From the NCBI GenBank assembly GCA_965285935.1, contig OZ260661.1:49972001-50036000 (forward strand): DNA of 64,000 bases, given 5' to 3'. The position numbers and the translations under genes are program-made. This document shows, in pieces, positions 14,001 to 24,700 of this stretch (positions within the stretch are counted from its first letter, which is position 1; every line of letters begins with the position of its first letter). The notes below the pieces were generated by a model, which did not search any database, was not told where the DNA came from, and saw only the letters and a list, made by a program, of their open reading frames with translations. Source of the DNA: Ophelia neglecta. Lineage: Eukaryota.

Positions 14001-17000
14001 TCTTCATATTACTCTTATTCATGGGAATATCACAAATTGACAACAAGGCATTAATTAACACATACCCACCACTTACTGGTAGGGATGGACCATGTGTTTA
14101 ATGAACAGTTCACCACTGAGGAGCCAAAGCTGGGGTTATACGAAAAAGGTACCACAAATCTGTTTTGGGATTTAAACAACCCTCTGCCATATCAGTTATG
14201 ACAACTAGGCCAACGCTGTCGGGGGGCCGACAGCAAAACTTTTTTGGTTTGAAAATGCATCGAGACGCAAATGATTTTGATGTATCATTGCAGAGAACTT
14301 CAAAAAAATATCTGCAGATAAATTTTAGGTATTCATTTCCTCTCATAACATGGTACATACAGACTAACTACAACGAAAATCTTATGAATGTTTCTTTTGA
14401 CATTTTATCTTGGGCACCTGACTTTATTTTTCAGCCAGGTGATAGGTATGTTGCCCTTTTTGTTTGGCTGTGAGCAATGGCAAAACAAATTTTACTCTGT
14501 TTTTTTGTGATACACTTAATTTGTTGAGCATGTATACATATGATACTAAATATACATGTATGTTGACATACAGTTCCTTCCTTGAGAAATGAGAATTTTT
14601 ATCCTTACCTAAGAGGAAGTTCTTCTTCTAACAGCAAGCTGTTCATCAAGTAACCTTTAATAAACCAAAAATGAATGTTCTTCAAGTGAATTATTTGGTT
14701 TAAACTAGAGCAATTTCCGATTTCTCGCACTCTCTCTCCATGGTTCTCATTTCAATGATGTACCTCTTAAACAACATCACAGTTGACATGAAGGATTTGT
14801 CTAGTAGTTACAAGTACCTGCGATCGGTATTTCTCCTGTGCCTGCCAGACATACCTGGCCATGAGAGTCATTTAGTCTGTATACCTGTGTCCTCTCTCCA
14901 GAGCTACTGAATCCACAGCCTTCCTGAAGTCAAATCATCATCAAAATGTTAACAATTTTTCAGTGAGAAAACATGGGCAGATATAATTGGCTCTCCCACA
15001 AAAAAAAATTCACTTCAACAATGTATATAGGAAAGTAGAAAATTAAGCAATAATACTTACAATAACTGCAGGGTGAACCAGATCAGGGACAGACAAAAGC
15101 TTGAACCCCTTGGTAAAAAAAAAATTAAACATTGTGCAGAAAGCTACACTAAATTACATAACATTATGATTTCATTATAGGATCCTTTTATATTAGTTAT
15201 CAATGAAGCAGTGTTTTCTTCGAAAGCAGATCAACAAAATAATATATGTATATATATTTGATGCAATTCAAGAAGAAGACGACTGATCCAAAGTTTAAAA
15301 AAATATTTATAACAACTCCCCAGGAATGTCTAATTTTACCTAATTCTGTCATTTTTTACCTTTCCATATCAGAGAAAGTTGGTTGGTTGGTGGGTTGTTT
15401 GGGGTTTTAAGTGGCTTTCAACACTTATTGGTCATATCGCCACAGTGCCTACTTGTGACAGCTGGCTCAATGCCCTCTTTAGAGTACTGCCTCACTGGAG
15501 TACCTGCCGGAGACACCAGACAGGGAACCCCACCCAGTCACATTATACTGACACTGAGTTGACCAGTCCTGATACTACCCTCGGAATACCGGGCACCTGG
15601 CAGGGGAGCTGTCAGTACCTATTTTATTTTTTGCATCTTGGGTTTGACGTGATCTAACTTTGAACCCCGATCTACCACTTGGGAGGTGAAGCCTTTATAC
15701 CACTTGGTCACGCTTTGATGTCCATGTCAGGAAAAGAAAGAAGCATGTGCCCATAGGCCTGGGGCCTATCATTTTATCAGTGGGCCTGTAAGAAATCCAC
15801 CCTTCAGGCCTAGCAAGCCTGTACATATTTTGGCAGCACACTTTGTTGCTAATTTCTAACAGGGCCTACTGATTTTGAAAGCTACTGGTCCAGCAGAAGT
15901 TTTATTCTTATTTATTTTCCTACATATGCATGTCAAGCATGAAATTAAATTACAGGTAGGGAACATCATCACACAATCCTCAGCACTCTGCCAAGTATGT
16001 CATAAAATGAAAAATGTCAAATTTCCAATGAAACCACAACTCCTCATCAAGACCTCCCTGAATACAGTAATATGAATCTTCTCTTTGCCTTGCCTTTCAA
16101 ACTGTTTGATCTCTGGCTGGTTCCTTGTATATATTTAGACTATTGCCTATTGGCTGGTTTGCCATTTGCAATATTTGAAGTCTTAAAGAAAAGTGTTTTA
16201 AAATGTAACATAAAATATAACTGACTGTAGAACGGTTGACCCATTTTGTTGGTATTTCTGGTGGAAGCAAACAAATTGTTTTGTTTGACTCACTGATAAT
16301 GCTTGAATATCCGATTACCTTATTTCTAAGGGTTCTGGTTGCAAACAGGACGATTGCTTGCTCCAGCTGGGCTAGAAGACCTTTGAAGTAATATGTCCTT
16401 GGTCCCGTAGTATGACCAACATCACTTGAAAGATAGAAATATTTAGAAATACTCATTATTGCAACCTTGCTTATTTATCTGAGAAATGCTGCAGATATTT
16501 TCACACCTTTTTAATATCATATATATAATTCCAAGGTACCTAGTCCGCAATAAATCAAATTTCTCTCCAAGTTCTATGACTGTTTTAGGTTTGAAATCAA
16601 AGTTCCTCTTCTCTCCAACAGTGCCAATCAGCCTTGCACATGATTCATCACCAACAGGCTAAGAAATAAATGAGCTGTCTGAGATGTTAAGTTACCTTAC
16701 ATAATTTATGTCCATGCTATTGGTCAGAGGGGTGATTCATCCACAGCGGACACTTAAAATGGCTTATGCCTGTCAGAATGCTAGAGTTCCTTCTATATTA
16801 TAAGAAGGAAAAATTTTGAATTTTTTTGTATCAATTTCAAAATAAAACACCAATCATTAGCAGAGTTTATCAAGATATATTCTTAGGGTGCTATTTTAGT
16901 ATAATTGGGTAAAATTTGATAAGTCATGTCAATATGGTTATGTGTTGTGCACAAGAAAAAATGAGGTTATAGTTTGGATTATCTTCAAATACTTACAACA

Positions 17001-17059
17001 GATGGGTGAACAGTATTACAAACTGGGTAAGATTTTCCATCAGCATCTTTTCCTGAGCC
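11076..17059 (-). CDS. SARS2: Mitochondrial seryl-tRNA synthetase (class II aaRS), 5' end not resolved
   Basis: Minus-strand exons 16997-17059, 16540-16658, 16319-16424, 15061-15108, 14818-14923, 14609-14654, 13319-13406, 12892-13007, 12541-12634, 11649-11741, 11313-11378, 11076-11210 (TAA), all GT-AG. Motifs: NTVHPSVPVGDES, LAGTGE (TxE), motif 2 [38 protein letters not shown], motif 3 [19 protein letters not shown]. Catalytic residues are intact, so this is SARS2 rather than the degenerate paralogue SLIMP. Confidence 0.93.
15378..15713 (-). mobile_element. tRNA-derived SINE with Meta/MESC-like core and (AACC)n tail
   Basis: Reverse complement of the 47826-48155 copy; core GTGTCAGTATAATGTGACTGGGTGGG; B-box-like GGGGTTCAAA. 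Confidence 0.8.
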
Positions 17060-17277
17060 CTGTGAGAGAATAATAATAGCAATATTAATATAATCCAGAG
17101 TCTAGTATAGAACATATAATTCACAGCAGCAATAATAGTTATAACAATAAAAATAATAATAGGGAGGATATGACTATGCGTGCAGATATATGTTAATGTA
17201 AGATGTGCTAAACAATATTTCTTAACCAGATACATCCTGTTATTCTCAGATAAAACTAGCACAAATTGATTAATATA

Positions 17278-17435
17278 CAGTGAAACCTGTGTTTGCGGTC
17301 ACCTGTGTAATAAGGTCACCTGCCCATTAAGGTCACTTACTGCCTGTGTTAACTGACCTGCCTATTAAGGTCACCTGCACAATGTGGTCACTTATTTCCA
17401 GTCCCTTGACTGACCTGATTAGATAGGTTCCACTG
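17278..17435. mobile_element. TA-target MITE with CAGTGAAACCTG-type TIRs
   Basis: TA-CAGTGAAACCTG...TAGGTTCCACTG; internal TAAGGTCACCTG repeats; homologous to 20188-20495. Confidence 0.75.
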
Positions 17436-17579
17436 TCTTCCATTTTATATAACTCACAGTTAAAAAAAACTGTTTTCATAACACAGTTCTTAACCCGATA
17501 GAAATGCAAAGTTCCCAAAAGAGGAATTCACAGCAACACCGGCAAACCAAAACTGCTGTACTGTCTCCGAGTCTATGAA

Positions 17580-17880
17580 TTTGTCCAGGGGGAATGACAC
17601 CAACCACTGTCTTTCTCAGCTACTGGGCTTTGGATGCTTTCTGGGATTAGTAAGGTCTGCCTGCAGAAACTGTCTGGTGGATGATAATATTGTCATACAC
17701 CAGTTGTATGCAATAACCATTGTTTTAGGCACAAGCACTTGGGCATTCCAAACATAATCAAAACTTTCTGGGACTCCTCGTCTTCAACTGATACCTTATG
17801 TGTTCACCAAAAAGGAATGACCAGTTCCATTTTTTGGTGCTTCGTCTTATTCCATACATGCTGAGCTTGTGGCAGAACTA
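17580..17880 (-). mobile_element. Decayed CR1/L2-type LINE reverse-transcriptase fragment
   Basis: Frameshifted minus-strand remnants HKLSMYGIRRSTKKW, VSVEDEESQKVLIMFGMP, FLQADL and QWLVSFPLDK correspond to the RT motifs KL..YGI.G...WI, SGVPQG and LQ.DL..W.M.F..DKC. Confidence 0.65.
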
Positions 17881-18148
17881 AGTATGTTTCACCTTGCCAT
17901 TGATATCAAGTTTGTTATTTACTTATTATTTTTGCAAATTATTTACACCTAAGGAACTCCATGGTAATGGGGATTGATATGTTTAGGACTTACAGCTGAT
18001 CAACCAGCCAGGATATCTTTGCTTAATTATTATTTATGTACCAGAACAGAGATTCCCAAATTTGGCTATAAAGAATTCCCAAAACATTTTAAACATTTTT
18101 ATCCCTATTTTATCCCTGGATACCGGTTGCAAAAAGGGTTTCTGCTCT

Positions 18149-18440
18149 TATCAGCCCTGGCCAGCTATGTTGGCGGGCTGATATATGCGTCACCTCTGTC
18201 TGTCTGTCTGTCTGCACCAAAATAGTAGTATGAAATGAAAATATGTTTCGCCGTCTCCACAGGTCCCAGTTTTTGATCGATTGCCTTGTGTATAACAAAC
18301 ACTGCCAAATTGATATAGAAGCAGCTATCGACTTCCGGTTGACATCAAAGTGTTCTCCAAGCCGTGGGAAAGAAAAGAGTCACCAGTAGCGATGAAATCC
18401 AGAGCATAATATATACCGCTAGAAATTCCAGTTCCTAGAA
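18149..18440 (+). mobile_element. Helentron-associated (HINE/DINE-like) non-autonomous element
   Basis: Subterminal inverted repeat TATCAGCCC (18149-18157) / GGGCTGATA (18175-18183), followed by a (TCTG)n microsatellite at about 18195-18214. The 3' boundary is approximate. Confidence 0.55.
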
Positions 18441-20187
18441 ATGTTGGTTTTTAAAATATTGAACGTAGAATTCTAAAACTTTGCAGACTTTGTCCTGGGC
18501 TACCATCTGGTGTAATGTGGGTTCATACTTATGTGCAACAACACAAGTAAGGCCAAAATGAAAAAAATGAAAACGCCGAAAATCTCATTTAAAAAGTCAA
18601 TATGTTATCAGCACCAACAACTCAAGTGCTGATTCTAAATATGTAACTACTATTGAGCTGTGACCATTTTTTCTAGGTCAACTGGAGGTCACATTTTCAC
18701 CCATTTTACCTCAAAATCGTATCTCCCTTTGTTTCAGGGTCACGGCCTAGAAATTTCGCAAACTGTGATCACCTTGCTAAATGGAGCGACTATATTAGGG
18801 CCTTGAAAGTAACACAGTTTTTCGATTGGATGCTTCTTTTTTGAGAGTATACATAATTTCCGGTTTGGAGGATCCATATTGATGGAAACGACACCTCCTA
18901 CGCTGTGACTTGACAATATTATATCCATAGACATGATCCAAGTTTTCAACATGATTTTAATTATATGATTTGCCTTTTTTCGTATGTGAAAACATATTTC
19001 TCCCAGGGGAGGGGGAACTAAGGGTGGAGAGGAAGTTAAAGGGTAAGGATGGGCTGGTTTTTTGACACCCCCCCCCCACCATTTAAGGGTTCAAAACTTG
19101 TTTGACACATCCCTGCCCCATAGAGGCCTGCAAAACTTTTTCGCCCCCCCCCCTGAACATAAATGTACAATCCCTAATATTATAGTAAGGTAAACTATGG
19201 TCTCACTTTTCACAACTATTATATTATCACAATGTTATCATTCAATTAGTATCGATTCGCTTTAGGATTCGTACCTTCAGAAAGAAAGGTGGTATAGTAA
19301 AATCTTGTGAGTAGCCTGACACTGCAATCCGCCTTACAACAGCCTGAAAAGGCATGAGCCGGCTAGGTCCCCACAATGTACACATCTTTACTGGCTTTTA
19401 CATTACAGGTGCTCATGGACAGGGCTTAAAAATGACAGGCAGAACAAAGGATGTTTCGATGCATTCCAAATATAAGGGTTTTTCAGTTATCTTCATTCGA
19501 TGATTGTAACAATCGAATGTAGCTACAGCAAGATCATTTTTGTCTGCTTGCGCTGTGTGAAGAACAATCGCGAAGCAAGATCTCAGACTTACGGCTGATT
19601 TGTGAGGGTCCCGTGTCTTGCTGAGGTGAGCTGCCAGCAGCTACTGCCGGCCTAAGGGGTGGTTAATAAAAAGACATGGGGATGGATCGGGTGGGGATGG
19701 CGCAAAACGTTGCGGTGTGGGTGGGGTTTGGCGGGGTTGGGGTTGGGAGCGTGATCAAAGACTTATATATAACACCATCAAACGGGGGGAGGGGGGGGGG
19801 GATTACGACAAATGGAATGGGGGGGGGGTGGCAGAAATTAATTCGATACCAATCAACCCCTAGCTTTAAAACAAAGGAAACACCCCTATTGTTTAAAAAT
19901 TATTTTTTGATGGGCCGTTTGACTGTGCATATATAAAAATGGAGGTTAAATATGTGGGGCTTGATTGGGCTTCTCTTAGACCTGGTGACTTTGTAAATAT
20001 AAAATTCTAGGCTCTGGGAAATCCCTAGTGATCCTTATATACCGAGGTGAGGAAAATAAATATGCCGGGGGGATACAGGTCAGAAGGTGCACACTGTCTT
20101 TAGAAAGAGATGAGTATGTACAACTTATGAGATTTTGCCTTTGCCTGAGAGCTTTTTCAATAAAGATACCAGTGCTGGCCTCTAGTA

Positions 20188-20495
20188 CGGTGAAACCTGT
20201 GTTTGTGGTCACCTGGTTATATTGTCATCTGCCCCTTTTGAATGTGCATAAACTGATAAATGAAACTTGAGGTTAATTACCGGGCAAAATTTAACCCGGG
20301 AGGATGGGGAGGGGGGAGGGCAGCTATAATCTGATGAGGAGACACATAATTGGCAATATTTTAAACAAAAGTCCAATTAATCCTCATTAATGCCTAGCTG
20401 TGTTAACTGACCCGTCTATATTAATTAAGGTCGCCTACATAATGTGGTCAGTTCTTTCCAGACCCTTGACTGACCTGATTACACAGGTTACACTG
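20188..20495. mobile_element. TA-target MITE of the 17278 subfamily, interrupted by a ~150-bp insertion
   Basis: GTGAAACCTGTGTTTGTGGTCACCTG left end and TGTTAACTGACC...CCCTTGACTGACCTGATTA...CACTG right end match 17278-17435. Confidence 0.7.
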
Positions 20496-21511
20496 TTATT
20501 TGTAAAAAGCTAATGGCCTTATTATTGGAGCCGCCCGGTACATGCATGGGGATCATTGTGTGGCAAGATCTCAATATGCACCCCCCCCCCCCCCCCCCCG
20601 GTGCTCATAATCCACTGGGGGGAGTCCAATTTAATTTCAATATGTTTCTTTTATCCCATCAAAGCACCCGGTAGACATATTTTGTTTCATTGAACTACAC
20701 GCTTTCAAGTTCATCATAGGCTAGCGGTAACTTAATTCACAATGCTAGTGATAATACAGAAGAGTTTGGGTGGCTGTAGATAGGAGCGTAGCCAGGAAAT
20801 GTATGAATGTTAAAAATTACACCGTGGTCAGAGATGAACTTATATACCAAATAAATCTCTGCCGCAGTCTCCCCGCACAGACGGTTTCAAAAGTTCGATA
20901 AAGTTGTTTGACCCCCTTATAAACGTGCATAACTCTTAATACATGCCCGGTTTTATTACATTTATTTCCGTCGATTAAACGGCCTACTAAACCGCTCAAT
21001 TTGTATGTATATCATGTATTCTAACATGCTTTTAAGTAGTAAAATTTCAATGTATTACGATCTGGAGTTACAAATAGGCTCATGTAGATCCATTCGACGG
21101 TTAATTGGGGTGTTTATGTTGATGCCGTCCGGATGTTATTACTTATACCAGATATTTTATTCTGAAAATTTCCTCTTATAAAAACGTTAGTTTTACTATT
21201 TAAATAAAGGCTCAAGATTTTAATCCTACAATATCTACACTATCGATCCTCTATGAATCCCACCCCCACCTCCACAGTAATTATTAGCCCAACAATTACA
21301 GTCTTCAGCACACGTGTATAGTCCTCCAAGCCCTTCTGCTTTTGAACGCAACATGGCAAATGCCAGCCTCCCATGCCCATTGTTTACACGCAAAAAGCGT
21401 CCAGTGTTTAGGGAAAACAGAGACCACAAAGGAGCAAGCTTCACCGGTGTTAATACACTGAATATGAGCCAATTGGTCAACTTTGTTGTGACTATGATGA
21501 CTGGTTCTTAG

Positions 21512-21751
21512 TGATTCACACTTCTAAAGGCGGTAAATGCGTCACACCAAATTATGTAAAAGTACTTAGTCAGCGCTATTGGGGTCTTATAGCTGGGCTT
21601 CAGTAACTGACAGTAAGTTTTTATGAAATGCTCGTGACTGATGATTCACTTGCTAGCTGAAAGTGAGGGCGTCAGGTTGGTTGCACTACTGTTAGCAGCT
21701 GTTAGTACACCCAGCTACCAACAGAAGCCATCCTGAAATAGGATGACGTCA
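21512..21751 (+). promoter_or_regulatory. MEN1 proximal promoter/5' UTR with clustered bZIP-type sites and a possible non-coding first exon
   Basis: TGATTCA 21512 and 21642, TGCGTCA 21538, TTATGTAA 21552, TTAGTCAGC 21566, TGACGTCA 21744. A donor gtaagt at 21613 has candidate acceptors at 21724 and 21741. Confidence 0.35.
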
Positions 21752-21769
21752 TATTCGTTCAATTTCAAG

Positions 21770-24700
21770 ATGGCGGGGATACGCGAACGGGATAAACAAC
21801 ATTTCCCTCTGCAAAGTGCACAAGATGTGGTGGATTTATTTCGTGATCAGCTCGAATATGGCACGGAACCGAATCTTGCGTTCTTGTCGGTTGTATTGGG
21901 AACGATTGAACACGCACTGACAGTGAATCGGGCCATACCGCTGGACTTCAATTTCGAAAAGGGTATCGAGCCTATCTTTCCGGTAGTGCAACTGTCAACC
22001 GTAGAAGCGCTGTATCACCGATTTGTCACACAGATCCTTAGTTCCGTTGATCTTACGCTCTACGACAGTAAATATGCCACTAGAGGATTAGTCAAAAAGG
22101 TGTCGGATGTAATCTGGAACACATTGGCTAGGAGTAATTATAAGGACAAGGCTCATTTGCAGAGTCTTTTTAGCTACTTGACAGGTAGGCATTAAAATGT
22201 TTACAGCTATCTTGCGGCTTTCTCACCACGTGGACGGTGGTGAAGCCGCAAAGTTAACCGCGATTTTATTGAATTGTGGGAATCTTGTCAATATTGACTC
22301 ATCTTTGTTGTTTGGTTGTATTGCTATAAGTTTGTTGAAGGCAGAGGAACTGACAGCCTATGTTGAGACAGGATTTGTTCAGCTAGTCCGAAGCTGGATT
22401 GGGCTGGGCAGACATTGTAATCATGGTTGCGCACCAGTTTGCCGACTCAGCCGCTCGCGGGTAGGGGCGCTTTCGTAGACAAACAACTCATTAACATATT
22501 TAATGTATTCTTTTGCGCAGCGATTTTGTGGCCCTAGTGATGGCAGCACAAATAGGTTACTCGGTGCACAGTTGTTTACTGGGTCGTGTACGAATTAATT
22601 TGAGTAGTCGCTTTCTGAATGGGTTAGAGCTGTATACCAACTTGCCAAAATTTGCAATTGTCATACAGATCCGGGTACAGGTCTCGAACATTTAAGATTA
22701 GCCTCGTTAAATGTGAACTCTACTCAACCAACAACTTCTTGTAAATAAGCATTTGCAGCCAAAGTCGTGTACCTATTAAGTTGGGAAGCAAACTTATAAT
22801 TAACAACCTTTTTTAAAGAAAAAAGTTAACTTGGATATTTAGTAAGAGCAAATATTCCATAAAGCAACCATGTGAACAGGTGAATGCACAATGCCACAGC
22901 CAATTTAATAATTAATCCAGAACTTTGCAGTTAAAAAGAATTTATGCATTGTTTTGTTTTTTTAAAATTTGTTTAAGGCACAAAAGACTTGTGAATATTT
23001 TATCATATAGAGCAATAATTATTAATAGACATATTCAAATTTGCCTGTTCAAATGGACAACAGGCATTGCATGTATAGACTCCATATGTAACTCTGCCCT
23101 TTTGTGTTTTTTGGTTTGGGGGTATCATATTATGACCCAGAACACCTTACACCTGAGTATCGTTGAACCCTGGGTCACCAAGGAAATTATGGTCAACCTC
23201 AAGGCATGCTATAATTATATTTTAGGTCTGTCCATACAACTTGTTTAATTAATTAAATTTGGATAAAAAGGGATGGGACCCTGGATATTAGTGGGCATGC
23301 TCACCCAAGCGTCAGATATGGGACCCTAAAAGAGCATAAACTTTAGAAAAATCCGACCACAATAGAGCTGAAAATACCGGTAAAATGAGCTGTTTCATGA
23401 AACAAGTCAAATTGAGTGGTTGGTTCTTAAACAAGGGTCAGAAGGAGTGGTTTGCTCGAAAAACGAGGGTCTAAAAGAGACCTTGCTTCATTAACCAGGG
23501 TCTACACTGCGGAGCATACCTGTATGGCAGTATATATAAAGAGTAATAAGAATAATACTAGTATGATATTTCTTTCACTAGCATATATTTTGCTCCAAAG
23601 ATTTATGTTTTACTTTATGAATTAATTCCCTCATTTGAGAAAATAGAAATAAGAACAGAGGGCTTGTATTCAGAGTTTAATGTGTACTAGCTCCAGGGTT
23701 CACTAATCGAGCTTCAGACTAGTGCTAAAGTGTATTAAGCCAATATTAACAACAATATAGGTTGTCAACATTAACTCTACATATTATTAACAGAATAATT
23801 TTTTTATCATTATCTAATGATTATATAAATTCATAGATCAATATGTCTATGTTGTATTGCATGTTTGTTTACCAAATCATCTCACATATGGTCGCATTAA
23901 ACAACAGGGGATTACTTCAGCGCTTGGTAAAAGTATCGTGTATCTACATTGTATGTACCAGTTGTTATAAATGCAAATATCATCAGTGTCGCCAGGATAT
24001 CTACTTGTATAAACTTAATTTGGTAAGGTATTTCTTTCACATTTTGGGGTGATGTATTTATGGATATAATTATAATCTAATGCTAAGCCATTATGTGACA
24101 GTCACAACAAGTTTTTCTCTACAATTGTTCTTTTTTGTTTTGCCCATTGTTTTTGGTGATGTGTGCATTAGTGGTCCTCTCTTGATCTAGGTAGGCCTTC
24201 ATTGTTCACAACAGAGCTCATATAGTATTAGTGAAAATTAAGTTGATGTGTGTATTCAATTGGTCGAGAACAATTGCTAAGAAAATGTTTTTGTTGGGAC
24301 ATTGTAGGATGCAAGCTGGACTGCTATGGTGTTGCATTGGGTGTTGTATGTGGATGCCAAATACTGGGATTCAGTGATGTACAGCTGGCACTTTCCGAAG
24401 ATCATGCCTGGGTAGTTTTCGGGAAAGATGGAGAAGAGACGTCTGAAGTCACATGGCATGGTAAGACTTTTTGTGGCTGCTCCATTAAAGTTAGTAAGAG
24501 GTTCCATGAAGTTTGAAATGATAATATAATAGTTGTCTGCAAATAAGTATTATTGCCTTACACAATTATTCTAGGAAATTGGATTAGGTATTGCTTTTCT
24601 TAATACATTTTAGTCTGTCCGCTGACTCAGGCTGGTTTATAAATACAATTGTAAGATTGAAGAGTGCTTTTTTGAGTTTTCATATTAATGATAGTAATAA

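Noticed and set aside
14110-14473. Overlapping ORFs and a GCTGTCGG-loop-CCGACAGC hairpin in a SARS2 intron
   Set aside because: No recognisable protein. Probably a non-autonomous transposon fragment whose ends I could not define.
15379-15657. Mutually similar short ORFs at 15379, 47984 and 61252
   Set aside because: Chance open frames within SINE copies, not a gene family.
17994-18020. Possible SARS2 mini-exon (KISWLVDQL) with a gtaagt donor that would join the AQEKML frame
   Set aside because: The acceptor lacks a pyrimidine tract and there is no SerRS similarity.
19976-20212. Minus ORF containing RDFPEPR as a candidate SARS2 first exon
   Set aside because: Similarity is weak, there is no ATG or clear splice sites, and it starts inside a MITE.
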